Origin: Deltaproteobacteria bacterium
GTDB taxonomy: Bacteria; Myxococcota; Myxococcia; Myxococcales; 40CM-4-68-19
Direction: 5' to 3'
Length of the DNA stretch: 64,000 nt
Assembly (NCBI GenBank): GCA_025358085.1
Contig: JANYKT010000159.1
Coordinates: forward strand, 1,484 to 65,483
Below the pieces are notes generated by a model. That model was not told where the DNA came from and did no database searches. It saw only the letters and a list, made by a program, of their open reading frames with translations. Shown here in pieces: positions 9,546-18,684 of this stretch; position 1 is the stretch's first letter; every line of letters starts with the position of its first letter. The translations under genes were made by a program, and so were the position numbers.

Positions 9546-10417
9546 CAGCCCTTGCCGGGTACCGAATACAGCTGAAGCACCGGCGCTCCGGCAGCCACTG
9601 CTGGCTTCGGGATTTCGCTCGAGAAGGTGTGCTCGGCCGCGGGGAACTCCTGCGACCTGACCTCTTCCTGATAGCGGCCCACCGCCTCGCCGATGACACG
9701 GGCGAGGTCGACGAACTTCTTGACGAACCTGGGCTGGAAGGTCGGATTCATTCCGAGCAGGTCGTAGCACACGAGCACCTGACCGTCGCAGTCCGCGCCG
9801 GCACCGATGCCGATGGTGGGAATGGTCAGCGCGCGGGTAACCTCGCCGCCCAGGTCCGCCGGGATCACCTCGAGCACCAGGCTGTAGCAGCCCGCCGCCT
9901 CGAGCGCGCGGGCGTCAGCCAGCAGCCTTGCCGCCTTGTCGTCGCCGCGTCCCTGCACGACGTAGCCACCGAGCTTGTGCACCGACTGGGGCGTGAGCCC
10001 GAGGTGGCCCATCACCGGCACGCCCGCCCGCACGATGCGCGAGATGACCTCCGCGTATTCGGCGCCGCCCTCGAGCTTGACGGCCTCCATGCCGCCCTCG
10101 GCGACAATCCTCATTGCGTTCCTGACCGCTTCGTCCGCGCTTGCCTGGTAACTTCCGAAGGGCATGTCGCCAACCAGGTGCGCCCGTCTGGACCCGCGCG
10201 CCACCGCGGCGCAGTGGTAGACGGTCTGGTCCATCGTCACCTTCAGGGTGGAGTCGTGGCCCTGGACGACCATGCCGAGCGAGTCGCCGACCAGCAGCGC
10301 GTCAATTCCGGCGGCGTCGAAGAGGCGGGCGAAGGTCGCGTCATAGGCGGTGAGCATGGTGATGCGCTCGCCAGCCTGCTTCATCTTGCGCAGCGTGTGG
10401 ATGGTAACCTTCTTCAA
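9545..10417 (-). CDS. panB: 3-methyl-2-oxobutanoate hydroxymethyltransferase
   Basis: [49 protein letters not shown]. Confidence 0.97.
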   Translation of the reverse strand: MKKVTIHTLRKMKQAGERITMLTAYDATFARLFDAAGIDALLVGDSLGMVVQGHDSTLKVTMDQTVYHCAAVARGSRRAHLVGDMPFGSYQASADEAVRNAMRIVAEGGMEAVKLEGGAEYAEVISRIVRAGVPVMGHLGLTPQSVHKLGGYVVQGRGDDKAARLLADARALEAAGCYSLVLEVIPADLGGEVTRALTIPTIGIGAGADCDGQVLVCYDLLGMNPTFQPRFVKKFVDLARVIGEAVGRYQEEVRSQEFPAAEHTFSSEIPKPAVAAGAPVLQLYSVPGKG

Positions 10418-10575
10418 GGTTCACCTCCTGGTTGTGGCCTTTCAGCGTGACCTGCTGTGGTCGTCTCTCTGTCTTGAATTCTGTCGAGATGAGACGCCGC
10501 GGCCCGCCGTGGGGCGTGAACTGAAAAGAATAGCACTGCGCCGGGGTTGCGCCAGTGGCGATGCACGGTCTCTAT

Positions 10576-10612
10576 CCGGAGCTGGACGGCCGGAGCTGGA
10601 CGGCCGGAGCTG
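10576..10612. repeat. 14-bp tandem repeat (CCGGAGCTGGACGG x ~2.6)
   Basis: Read directly from the intergenic sequence between panB and the kinase gene. Confidence 0.8.
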
Positions 10613-10647
10613 AACCCGACGCATCGGCGCAGGCAGGCCGGCCGCCG

Positions 10648-11298
10648 TCAGATGCGCGTGCCCATGGGCTGGTAGTAGTGGGTGCCGGCCTTGGTGGCGG
10701 CGATGGCGCGGACCAACTCGTCGATGTCCTTCTCGCTGCCCTCGAAATCGACGTCGCTGGTGTTGATGACCAGCAGAGGCGTCTCGTCGTACCGGTGGAA
10801 GAAATCGTTGTAGGTGCGCGACAGCTCCGCCAGATACTCAGCGTCGAACTTGCGCTCGAACTCGCGGCCGCGCTTGCGGATGCGGGAGAGCAGCACCTCC
10901 TGCCGCGCTTGCAGATAGATGACCAGGTCGGGCTTCATCACCCGCGGGCCGAGGTGCTCGTAGATGCGCTCGTACAGCCCCAGCTCATTGGGATCGAGCG
11001 TGACGCTGGCGAAGATGCGGTCCTTCGCGAAGAGGTAATCGCTGACGGTCATCTGCGAGAAAAGGTCCTGCTGGAACAGGTCCTGCTGTTGCTTGAAGCG
11101 GCTGAGCAGGAAGAAAAGCTGGGTCTGAAAGGCGAACTTGTTCTTGTCCTGGTAGAAATTTTCCAGGAAAGGATTCTCCTCGACGATCTCGAAGACGGTG
11201 CGCGCGCCGAAGCGACGGGCGAGCGCGCGCGTGAGCGTGGTCTTCCCCACGCCGATGGGCCCTTCGATGACAATGTACTTGTGCTTGAGTAGATCCAT
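10648..11298 (-). CDS. Deoxynucleoside kinase family protein
   Basis: IEGPIGVGKTT P-loop; FQTQLFFLLSR; DRIFA; PDLVIYLQA; RIRKRGREFE. Confidence 0.92.
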   Translation of the reverse strand: MDLLKHKYIVIEGPIGVGKTTLTRALARRFGARTVFEIVEENPFLENFYQDKNKFAFQTQLFFLLSRFKQQQDLFQQDLFSQMTVSDYLFAKDRIFASVTLDPNELGLYERIYEHLGPRVMKPDLVIYLQARQEVLLSRIRKRGREFERKFDAEYLAELSRTYNDFFHRYDETPLLVINTSDVDFEGSEKDIDELVRAIAATKAGTHYYQPMGTRI

Positions 11299-11413
11299 CG
11301 GCGGTCCCTTAAGGCGGCGGAATCAAGCACAGAAACGGTATCGGATCCACGGTTGACAATCTGCACGATTCGAGCTTGCCGCGCGCGGGCGGGCGACGCA
11401 GGATTCGCGCCCT

Positions 11414-12805
11414 ATGGACACCTTCCAGATCGACAACCCCTACAGCGGCGAAGTCGTTGCCGAGCGCAAGTTTCTCCGGGCGAGCGAGGTCGAGGGTCTG
11501 GTCGCGCGGGCCCACCGGGCGCAGAAGGCGTGGGCCAGGACAGCGCTGCCCGAGCGGCTGGCCCTCTGCGAGCGCTTCTGCGTCGAGTTCGAGAAGGACG
11601 CGGACCGGATCGCGCGCGAGGTGACGGCACAGACCGGAAAGCCGCTCGGCAACGCGCGCGGCGAAGTCAAGACTGCGCTGGTGCGCGCGCGCGCCATGAT
11701 GTCATTCGCCACCGACGCGCTGCGGGACGAGCAGCTGGCCCCCCTGCCCGGCTTCACGCGATTCATCCGCCACGAGCCCATCGGCGTGGTGCTGGACATC
11801 AGTGCCTGGAATTATCCGCTCTTGATTACCGTCAACATCGTCGTCCCCGCGGTGCTGGCGGGCGATGCGGTGCTGATCAAGAGCGCCGCCCGGACTGCGC
11901 TCTGCGGCGAAGCCTTCGCGCGCGCATTCGAAAGGGCCGGCGCGCCGGAAAACCTCGTCACCGCCATCGACGCCACGCATGAAGTCTGCGCTCAGATCAT
12001 CGCCCGGCCCGAGGTGGGATTCGTCAGCTTCACCGGTTCGGTGCGCGGTGGCCACGAGGTGTATCGAGAGGGCGCCAAACGCTTTATCGATATCGGCCTG
12101 GAGCTCGGGGGCAAGGACCCTGCTTATATCGCGCCGGACGCCGACCTTGAATATGCCATCGCCAATACCGTGGACGGCGCGTTCTTCAATGCCGGGCAGA
12201 GCTGCTGCGGTATCGAGCGTATCTATGTTCACGCAACTCTCTATGATCGCTTTGTCGAGGGCGCACTCGCCGAGGTCCGCAAGTACCAGCTGGGAGATCC
12301 GATGGATTCGACCACTTCAATGGGACCGATGGCCACGCCGGGCGCTCCCGAGAAGCTCTCGCTGCAAGTCGAGGAAGCGCGCAGCAAGGGTGGCCGCGTG
12401 CTCTGCGGCGGCAAGCCGGTGCACGATGCCAAAGGTAAAGGCCGCTTCTTCGATCCATGCTTGATCGTGGATGCCAATCACCAGATGCACGGCCTGATGG
12501 TCGAGGAATCATTCGGCCCGATTGTCGGTGTGCAGAAAGTCGCCGACGACGACGAGGCGGTGCGGCTGATGAATGACAGCCCTTATGGCCTGACCGCGTC
12601 GATCTGGACTCGCGATCAGGAGCGCGCCTTTCGCGTGGGCGCGCAAATCGAGACTGGCACCTTCTATATGAACCGCTGCGATTACCTCGACCCGGCGCTG
12701 CCCTGGACGGGTGTGAAGGACACCGGCAAGGGCGTGTCGCTGTCGCGCTACGGCTTCCTCTCGCTCACCCGCCGCAAGTCATTCCACCTGCGCACGCAGA
12801 CCTGA
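11414..12805 (+). CDS. Aldehyde dehydrogenase family protein
   Basis: AWNYP, FTGS, LELGGKDP, GQSCCGIER, EESFGP, YGLTASIWT. Confidence 0.95.
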   Translation: MDTFQIDNPYSGEVVAERKFLRASEVEGLVARAHRAQKAWARTALPERLALCERFCVEFEKDADRIAREVTAQTGKPLGNARGEVKTALVRARAMMSFATDALRDEQLAPLPGFTRFIRHEPIGVVLDISAWNYPLLITVNIVVPAVLAGDAVLIKSAARTALCGEAFARAFERAGAPENLVTAIDATHEVCAQIIARPEVGFVSFTGSVRGGHEVYREGAKRFIDIGLELGGKDPAYIAPDADLEYAIANTVDGAFFNAGQSCCGIERIYVHATLYDRFVEGALAEVRKYQLGDPMDSTTSMGPMATPGAPEKLSLQVEEARSKGGRVLCGGKPVHDAKGKGRFFDPCLIVDANHQMHGLMVEESFGPIVGVQKVADDDEAVRLMNDSPYGLTASIWTRDQERAFRVGAQIETGTFYMNRCDYLDPALPWTGVKDTGKGVSLSRYGFLSLTRRKSFHLRTQT

Positions 12806-13082
12806 CCTGCCTTGCCGAGCTCTCTATCTCGAACGGTCATTCAGGCGTCGCCTGGGCGGTGATTCGATTTGATGCGCAATGTCGAAGCATATGAGTCCTC
12901 GACGCCGGGACAGGTGAGCGCGCCGTCGCAGGCATCCCTGCGGTCGACGCCGTACTCATTCTGCGGCGGGACGAGGCGAGCGAGCCGCTGATCGAGCTCG
13001 TCGCCGCCCAGGCTCGTGGCCAAGCGCCCCAGCGCGCCCTTGAGACGGCCGAAGAGGCCGCGCGGGGGCTCAAAGCACGCGA

Positions 13083-13553
13083 CTACAACCGGGTTAGAGT
13101 TCCCGAATCATTACATCCGATATTTCCACAATTCGCAGTGTAACTGGTGTCGTTCGCGTTCAGGACAATCCCGTTCAGCACCTTGAAGGGAGCAAGGCTG
13201 TTGCCATTGGTGAGCGTCATGGTCATCGCGGTCGCATCTTCTGTCCACGTGAAGGGCGAACCCCCGACGCCATTCCAGGTCGAGTTGACATTGGCTGCAT
13301 ACGTCCCGGTGCCGCTGGTGGTCGTCGAGGAAGCGAAGACCAGTGCGTAGAACGCACCGCGGTTGCCGCTGTCAGGGCAAGACCAATAAGTACCAGACGC
13401 ATTGACGAGATAGAGCGCACTGTCTTTGACGCAGACGGAATTCCCGTTGTCGTGCGTGCCCGCGCCGCAAGTCGTCGGGGCCGATGAACTGCCGCCACAT
13501 GCACCAACTGCAACGGTAAAGAGTATTGCGATCAGGAACTCAATTCTTCTCAT
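13083..13553 (-). CDS. Predicted lipoprotein, Thr/Ser/Asn-rich, unknown function
   Basis: GGAGG RBS; lipobox AVGAC; 156 aa; locally low GC (27/60 G+C at 13081-13140). Confidence 0.75.
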   Translation of the reverse strand: MRRIEFLIAILFTVAVGACGGSSSAPTTCGAGTHDNGNSVCVKDSALYLVNASGTYWSCPDSGNRGAFYALVFASSTTTSGTGTYAANVNSTWNGVGGSPFTWTEDATAMTMTLTNGNSLAPFKVLNGIVLNANDTSYTANCGNIGCNDSGTLTRL

Positions 13554-13628
13554 GGAACCTCCTCGAGACACCTGCAAGGACCATGGAACAAACAAGTGGA
13601 GCATCGACGCCATCATTGATGGTCTCCA

Positions 13629-14042
13629 TCAACAACAAGGCGTGTAGCAGGTGCAGTTTGTGCCAGTGCAACAGGGCTGGGAACCCGGCGTGCAGGTTGA
13701 GTAACAACGACCATTGCACTCGTACAGTCCGCCGCAGCAGACCCTCGCGGTGCAGCCGCCGCCTCCGCCGCCTCCGCCTCCGCCGCAGCAATACACACCT
13801 CCGGCCGAGGGCGCGCTGCAGTTGCCGCTCGGCTTGGTCGTGCAGACGGTCCCGGCGATGCAGGGGCCGTAGCAAACGCCGTCCGAGCCTGCGCACTCGC
13901 CGGTCCCGCACGATCCGGATCCACAGCCGGTGGAGAGCAAAGCGATCGCCGAGAAGCAGAATGCAGCCGCGAGGACGAATCGCACCATCGAGCCCAGCCG
14001 GCGCTGGCCGAGACTCTCAATTTTATTCTTGCCGAATACCAT
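13629..14042 (-). CDS. Cys-rich predicted lipoprotein with Gly10 linker
   Basis: AGGAGG RBS before 14042 (alternative ATG at 13988); lipobox LSTGC; 22 Cys in total; ends YTPCC. Confidence 0.7.
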   Translation of the reverse strand: MVFGKNKIESLGQRRLGSMVRFVLAAAFCFSAIALLSTGCGSGSCGTGECAGSDGVCYGPCIAGTVCTTKPSGNCSAPSAGGVYCCGGGGGGGGGGCTARVCCGGLYECNGRCYSTCTPGSQPCCTGTNCTCYTPCC

Positions 14043-14500
14043 CTTCGGAAGCCCTCCTGGATGCAGAGATACAAATTAGGGCGAAAATTACAAGGGCGCT
14101 CGTGTCGGCGACGCGTGGCAGGCTGCAATGTTCGCTCTTCAGATTCGCCCTCCTCGAGGAGGTCTTCGCGGTCGAGATCCTCCTCTCGGTGATCGAGGAA
14201 GGGCCGGTGGCCCGCAAGATCCTGGGGCCGTCTCGGTCTGCCCTCCGCGCCTCCCGTTCGCGCGCCCGTCGGGGACCCTCCGAATCCAGAGCTACCTCTG
14301 CCTCCCAGACGCCCACGACGTGTTCGCGAGCGCCTGAGTCCCCCTCAACGATTTTCCCCGCAAAAGCCCGCTCCGCTCGCCCGGGCATGGGTCTGCCCTC
14401 TGCGTCGCACTTCGCCCCGCCTGCTGCTGCAGAGCCTGCCCTCTTGAACGCCTTATCCGCACGAAAGCCTTGCGGCGCGGCGACGAATCCGTGCGCGGCG

Positions 14501-14932
14501 TCAGCGGACGACGGTAACAGGCTTCGGGCAAATCTGAACCAGCCGATCGGCGACGCTGCCCAGGAGACCTCGCGCGAGAGCGCCGCGCCCGCGGTGTCCA
14601 ACCACGACCAGATCGTGGCCCTCGCGGCTCGCGAGATCGGCCAGCATCTCCGCCGGCGACCCTGCCAGGATCTGCGTGTCGACGACGACGCCCGGGATCG
14701 TGATCTCGGCGGCGATCGAGTTGAGCACCACCTTTAGACGCGTGGCCGCCTCGCCCTGCCATTGGCTGACCTGCGCCATCAACTCGGGCGCTCCGAGAGC
14801 CTCGGGCAGATCGACGACGCCAGCGAGCGTGATTCGCGATCCATGTTCCCTCCCGAGCTGCGCCGCAAACTGCACCGCGTTACGCGATTCCTTCGACCCA
14901 TCAACACCGACCAGAATCCGCTTCATCTGCAT
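14501..14932 (-). CDS. Universal stress protein (UspA family)
   Basis: KRILVGVDGS...GSPAEML...DLVVVGHRGRG...LLGSVADRLV; AGGAGG RBS. Confidence 0.93.
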   Translation of the reverse strand: MQMKRILVGVDGSKESRNAVQFAAQLGREHGSRITLAGVVDLPEALGAPELMAQVSQWQGEAATRLKVVLNSIAAEITIPGVVVDTQILAGSPAEMLADLASREGHDLVVVGHRGRGALARGLLGSVADRLVQICPKPVTVVR

Positions 14933-15185
14933 GACGACCTCCTGCACGCCAGGGCGTGCTCTCTGCCCATGTACGCAATGCGGATGCCATCGTCTCCGCT
15001 CTGGCTTAGCGAGAGCGGGACCCCGACAATGAGCCCGACAATTCCGACGCGCAGGTTCTGCGTCCGCGACTCGTCGCGCCCGCAGGGATTGCGCGGGTGC
15101 ATCCGGCCGACGCCCGGAGCGACGACCCTGATCATCTCGCTGGGCGTCATCACGCGCTGAGCCTCAGGCTGTAGTTACCTGAACT

Positions 15186-15854
15186 CTACTCCCCGGGTGA
15201 GAACTCGATGAGCGTCTCGGCCAGCGGCCGCCGCGTGAGGTCCGGAACGCGGCAGCCTTCGGCGGGATATCCGACCGGCAACAGCAGATAGGCGTGCTCG
15301 CTTTTCGGGCGGCCGAGCAATGTCGCGAGGAACTCCATCGGGCTGGGCGTGTGCGTGAGCGTGACCAACCCTGCGTGGTGGAGCGCGGCGATGAGAAAGC
15401 CGCACGCGATGCCCACTGATTCGCTGACGTAGTAGTGCTTGTGGCCGGTCGCTTCTTCCCAGCGGCGCGAGAAGACGGCAATCAGGGCGGGCGCGACGTC
15501 GAGAAAGTCCTTCTCCGGGCCGGTCTGGAGCGGCGCCAGATCCGCGAGCCACTCGGGCGTCGCGCGCCGCGTATAGAACTCGGTCTCCTCCTTCTCCGCG
15601 GCCACGCGGATGCGGTGCTTCAGCGCAGGATCGGTGACGAGCGCGAACGTCCAGGGCTGCTTGTTCGCGCCCGAGGGCGCCTGCGCCGCGGCCTCGATGC
15701 AGCGCACCAGAACATCGCGCGGAACCGGCTCGCTGCTGAACTCGCGCACCGAGCGGCGCTCGCGCACCTCGTCCAGGAACGAGGCGGCGCGCGCACGCAT
15801 CTCGGCGGGATCGAAGCGGCGAGGCGCGAGGGGTCGGGTCCTGTACTCGGTCAT
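15186..15854 (-). CDS. Nitroreductase family protein, iodotyrosine deiodinase (IYD)-like
   Basis: RRSVREFS, APSGANKQPW, AAEKEETEFY, YYVSESVGIACGFL, LTHTPSPM, LLLPVGYP. Confidence 0.85.
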   Translation of the reverse strand: MTEYRTRPLAPRRFDPAEMRARAASFLDEVRERRSVREFSSEPVPRDVLVRCIEAAAQAPSGANKQPWTFALVTDPALKHRIRVAAEKEETEFYTRRATPEWLADLAPLQTGPEKDFLDVAPALIAVFSRRWEEATGHKHYYVSESVGIACGFLIAALHHAGLVTLTHTPSPMEFLATLLGRPKSEHAYLLLPVGYPAEGCRVPDLTRRPLAETLIEFSPGE

Positions 15855-15902
15855 GGCGGAACACTCCGGGCGGTGGCGCGCCTGGATAGGGCGGAATGGC
15901 GC

Positions 15903-15918
15903 CGCAAAAGAAGCGCCG
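15903..15918 (-). promoter_or_regulatory. Candidate sigma-54 promoter for the nitroreductase
   Basis: Minus strand CGGCGCTTCTTTTGC: GG-N10-GC with TTGC, ~50 bp upstream of the ATG. Confidence 0.4.
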
Positions 15919-16085
15919 TTTGGGACCGGCTCCGTGAAACGTCGGGCCGACGCGGAGTCGTCCGTGCCCATTGGCGACGGGCGGGAAGTGGAGCCTGCAG
16001 ATTGTCTGGCGCTCGCCCGCGCAGAGTTACAAGATCCGCGCGGTGCCTGACAAGTCTTCGATGCGCTGCCTGCGAACGGAGCTGA

Positions 16086-16820
16086 ATGCCGCGGATCAAT
16101 GAGCTTCCGCTCTGGCTGCGCGGCGTCCTGTTCGCGTATCCGTGGCGCCGCATCGATCCAGTGCCGCTCGCGCGCCTGCGCAAGCCGCTCCGGGAGTGCA
16201 GGGTCGCGCTGGTGACCACGGCGGGCCTTGTATCCCCGGGCGAAGAGCCCTTCGACAACGATATCCGCGGTGGCGACGCTTCGTATCGGGTCATCCGGGC
16301 GGATGCTCCGTTGGCGCTGCTCGAGGAACACCACCGCAGCGAGTCGTTCGATCATGCGGGCATCGAGCGCGACCGGAACCTCGCGCTGCCTCTCGATCGG
16401 CTGCGGGAGCTCGTCGCCGGGGGCCTCATCGGTGAGGTCGCGCCCCGGCACTTGTCCTTCATGGGCTCGATCACCGCACCCGGGCGCCTCGTCCGCGACA
16501 CGGCGCCTCCTGCAGCGGCGCTGCTGGAAGCGGACGGAGTGGATGTGGCGCTGCTCTTTCCGGTCTGACCCTTCTGCAACCAGGCGGTCGGCCTGGTCCA
16601 GGCGGAGATCGAGCGGCGCGGCATCGCGACCGCGTCGGTGACCCTCCTGCGGGAGATCACCGAGAAGGTGCACCCGCCGCGCGCGCTGTCCGTGCCGTGG
16701 CCGCTGGGCTTCCCCCTCGGCGCGCCGGACGACGCCCCGCTGCAGCGCAAGGTGCTCCTGCAGTTGCTGGCGCTCCTGCCGCGCGAGGACGTTCCCGTCC
16801 TCGAGGAGTTCGTCCCATGA
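16086..16820 (+). CDS. Selenoprotein B (GrdB/PrdB-like glycine/betaine/sarcosine/D-proline reductase family); Sec at UGA 16566-16568
   Basis: ORF 16086-16568 ([36 protein letters not shown]) continues in frame as [23 protein letters not shown]...[15 protein letters not shown], giving a UxxC motif. SECIS-like hairpin 11 nt after the UGA. Confidence 0.9.
16580..16596 (+). promoter_or_regulatory. Bacterial SECIS element
   Basis: CCAGGC-GGUCG-GCCUGG: 6-bp stem (7 with the flanking A-U pair), GGUC-containing loop, exactly 11 nt after the UGA. This is the geometry of the minimal E. coli fdhF SECIS. Confidence 0.8.
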
Positions 16821-16830
16821 GCCGGCGCGC

Positions 16831-18174
16831 ATGATCGCGCTGGCGCTCGCGCTCTCGGCCGCGGCAGCGCTCCGTTACGAAGTGACCGCGAGCGCGGACG
16901 CCCGTGTTCTCACCGTCGATGCGCAAATCGCCGCCTTCCCCGATCGCAGCGGCGAGCTGAGCGTGAACGGCGGCGCCGAGGAGTTCGTGCGCGACGTCGC
17001 GATGCTCTCCGCGAAGGGTGCGCTGCCACTCGAGCGGCGCGGCGACTCGTGGTTTGCTCCCGGCTGTGCCGCACGCGGTTGTGCGGTCCGCTACAGCTTC
17101 GCGCTGCGCGAAGCAGCCGCCGCGCGCAATGACGACGACGTTGCCGCCCTCCATGGAGACGTCGTCGAGTCGCCGCCCGGCTCCTGGCTCCTGCGCCCCA
17201 TGCATGCGACTGGGAACGCCAAGGCAGAGCTGAGCGTCACCATGCCGGAGGGCCTTCGCTTCGCCGCCGGCCTGCCGCGAGGTCCGCTGACTGTAGACGC
17301 CATCGCCGAGCTGCCCTATGCGGCTTTCGGAAACCTGCGCGTCGAGAAGCTGGACCTCGACGGCGTCTCCGTGACCGTCGCGATCGCCAAAGGGCCGCGA
17401 CGCCAGACCGGGGAGGAATTGCTCTCGTGGCTCCGGGACTCCGCCGCGCTGACCGCAAGCTACTTCGGGCGCTTCCCCACCGCCGGCGCGCTGCTCCTGG
17501 TCCTGCCAGCAATAGGCAGCGAGGTCCACGGCCGGGCCCGCGGGACCTTTGCCGCGTCGATCCTTTTGTTCCTCGGCACCGATCTCGACAATGCCCAGGC
17601 GCGCGCTAGCTGGGAGCTCGTCCACGAGCTCGTTCATCTCGGCTTCCCTTCCTTGCGCCGCGAGCATCATTGGGCAGAGGAGGGTCTCGCGACCTACGTG
17701 GAGCCGATCGCGCGGGCGCGGGCCGGCGAATTGAGCGCTGCAAAAGTGTGGGGCGACCTGGTGCGCGGTCTTCCGCAAGGACTTCCGCAGCCCGGGGACG
17801 AGGGCCTCGACCGGACGCAGACCTGGGGCCGCACCTATTGGGGCGGCGCGCTGTTCTGGTTGCTCGCCGACGTCCAGATCCGCGAGCGCACGGGAAATCG
17901 CCGTGGCCTCGAGCACGCGCTCCGGGCCGTGGTTTCGCACGGCGGCAGCATCGCGGAGAGCTGGCCGCTCCGGCGCGCGCTCGAGGTCGGCGACCGCGCG
18001 GTGGGAACCACGGTCCTTCAGGATCTCTACGCGAAGCTGGGCATGGCCCCCGGGGACGTCGATCTGCAAACGCTCTTCCGCAAGCTCGGTGTCGTGATGA
18101 ACGGAAACTCAGTCGAATTCGACGACCGCGCGCCGATCGCAAATATCCGCCGCGCCATCACCGGGGTGCAATGA
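16831..18174 (+). CDS. Secreted gluzincin-type zinc metallopeptidase (M61/M1-like)
   Basis: Signal peptide; HELVH followed by WAEEGLATY; TYWGGALF. Confidence 0.8.
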   Translation: MIALALALSAAAALRYEVTASADARVLTVDAQIAAFPDRSGELSVNGGAEEFVRDVAMLSAKGALPLERRGDSWFAPGCAARGCAVRYSFALREAAAARNDDDVAALHGDVVESPPGSWLLRPMHATGNAKAELSVTMPEGLRFAAGLPRGPLTVDAIAELPYAAFGNLRVEKLDLDGVSVTVAIAKGPRRQTGEELLSWLRDSAALTASYFGRFPTAGALLLVLPAIGSEVHGRARGTFAASILLFLGTDLDNAQARASWELVHELVHLGFPSLRREHHWAEEGLATYVEPIARARAGELSAAKVWGDLVRGLPQGLPQPGDEGLDRTQTWGRTYWGGALFWLLADVQIRERTGNRRGLEHALRAVVSHGGSIAESWPLRRALEVGDRAVGTTVLQDLYAKLGMAPGDVDLQTLFRKLGVVMNGNSVEFDDRAPIANIRRAITGVQ

Positions 18175-18186
18175 GCGGAGGCGCCG

Positions 18187-18660
18187 TTGTCGCGCACGCG
18201 CAACGGGTGCACCGCTGCCGCGGCTAGTCTCGAAAGCGGAGAGGGACCGACTGAGCCGTCGAGCAAAGGGGCAGGTTCTCGCCGCAGGATCTGCGGGCGA
18301 GCGCAATCGCTGCGGCCTGGCGCAATCGCTGCGGCCTGGCGCGGCTCCCCGTGTGAGCGAGAGGGTCGAGGCACGTGTCTTGCTCTTGCGATCGGGAACA
18401 TGCTCGCCTCGCTTGCAGCGCTGTCGATGCTGGCGGCTCCGACCGGAGGAACCGGCGGGTTGCTCTGCGTCGATGTTTTTCAAAACCGCGGGATGGGCCC
18501 CGCCTTGTCGTCACGGCTGGTTCAGGTCGGCCGCGACAGGGGCATGGAGCGGATCACCGCGGAAATCGTGCGCCGCAACGAACCGATGCAGAGACTTTGC
18601 CGCAAGCTCGGGTTCGAGCTGCACGCTTCCGAGAGGGTCCGCGCGGTCAAGACGCTCTGA
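18187..18660 (+). pseudogene. Degraded GNAT acetyltransferase domain
   Basis: C-terminal DVFQNRGMG...GRDRGMERITAEIVRRNEPMQRLCRKLGF is GNAT motif A/B. The upstream part is scrambled and includes a 19-bp tandem duplication (GCGCAATCGCTGCGGCCTG, 18301-18338). Confidence 0.6.
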
Positions 18661-18684
18661 GCTGTCTCGAAAAGGAGGCGAACC

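Noticed and set aside
10576-10612. Possible CRISPR-like repeats
   Set aside because: Direct tandem 14-mers without spacers; no cas genes in the window.
12837-13080. Short minus-strand ORFs after the aldehyde dehydrogenase
   Set aside because: Possibly gene debris (FEPPRGLFGRLKGALG), but no start, RBS or family could be supported.
14023-14601. 192-aa minus-strand ORF overlapping usp and the Cys-rich gene
   Set aside because: Arg/Ala-rich GC shadow composition, overlaps real genes, no motif.
14923-15153. Possible DUF2892/YgaP-like membrane peptide
   Set aside because: Only vague resemblance; runs into the usp RBS; no clear start.
16566-16568. Premature stop making the reductase gene a pseudogene
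   Set aside because: The frame continues with family-typical sequence, the UGA sits in a UxxC motif, and a correctly spaced SECIS-like hairpin follows.
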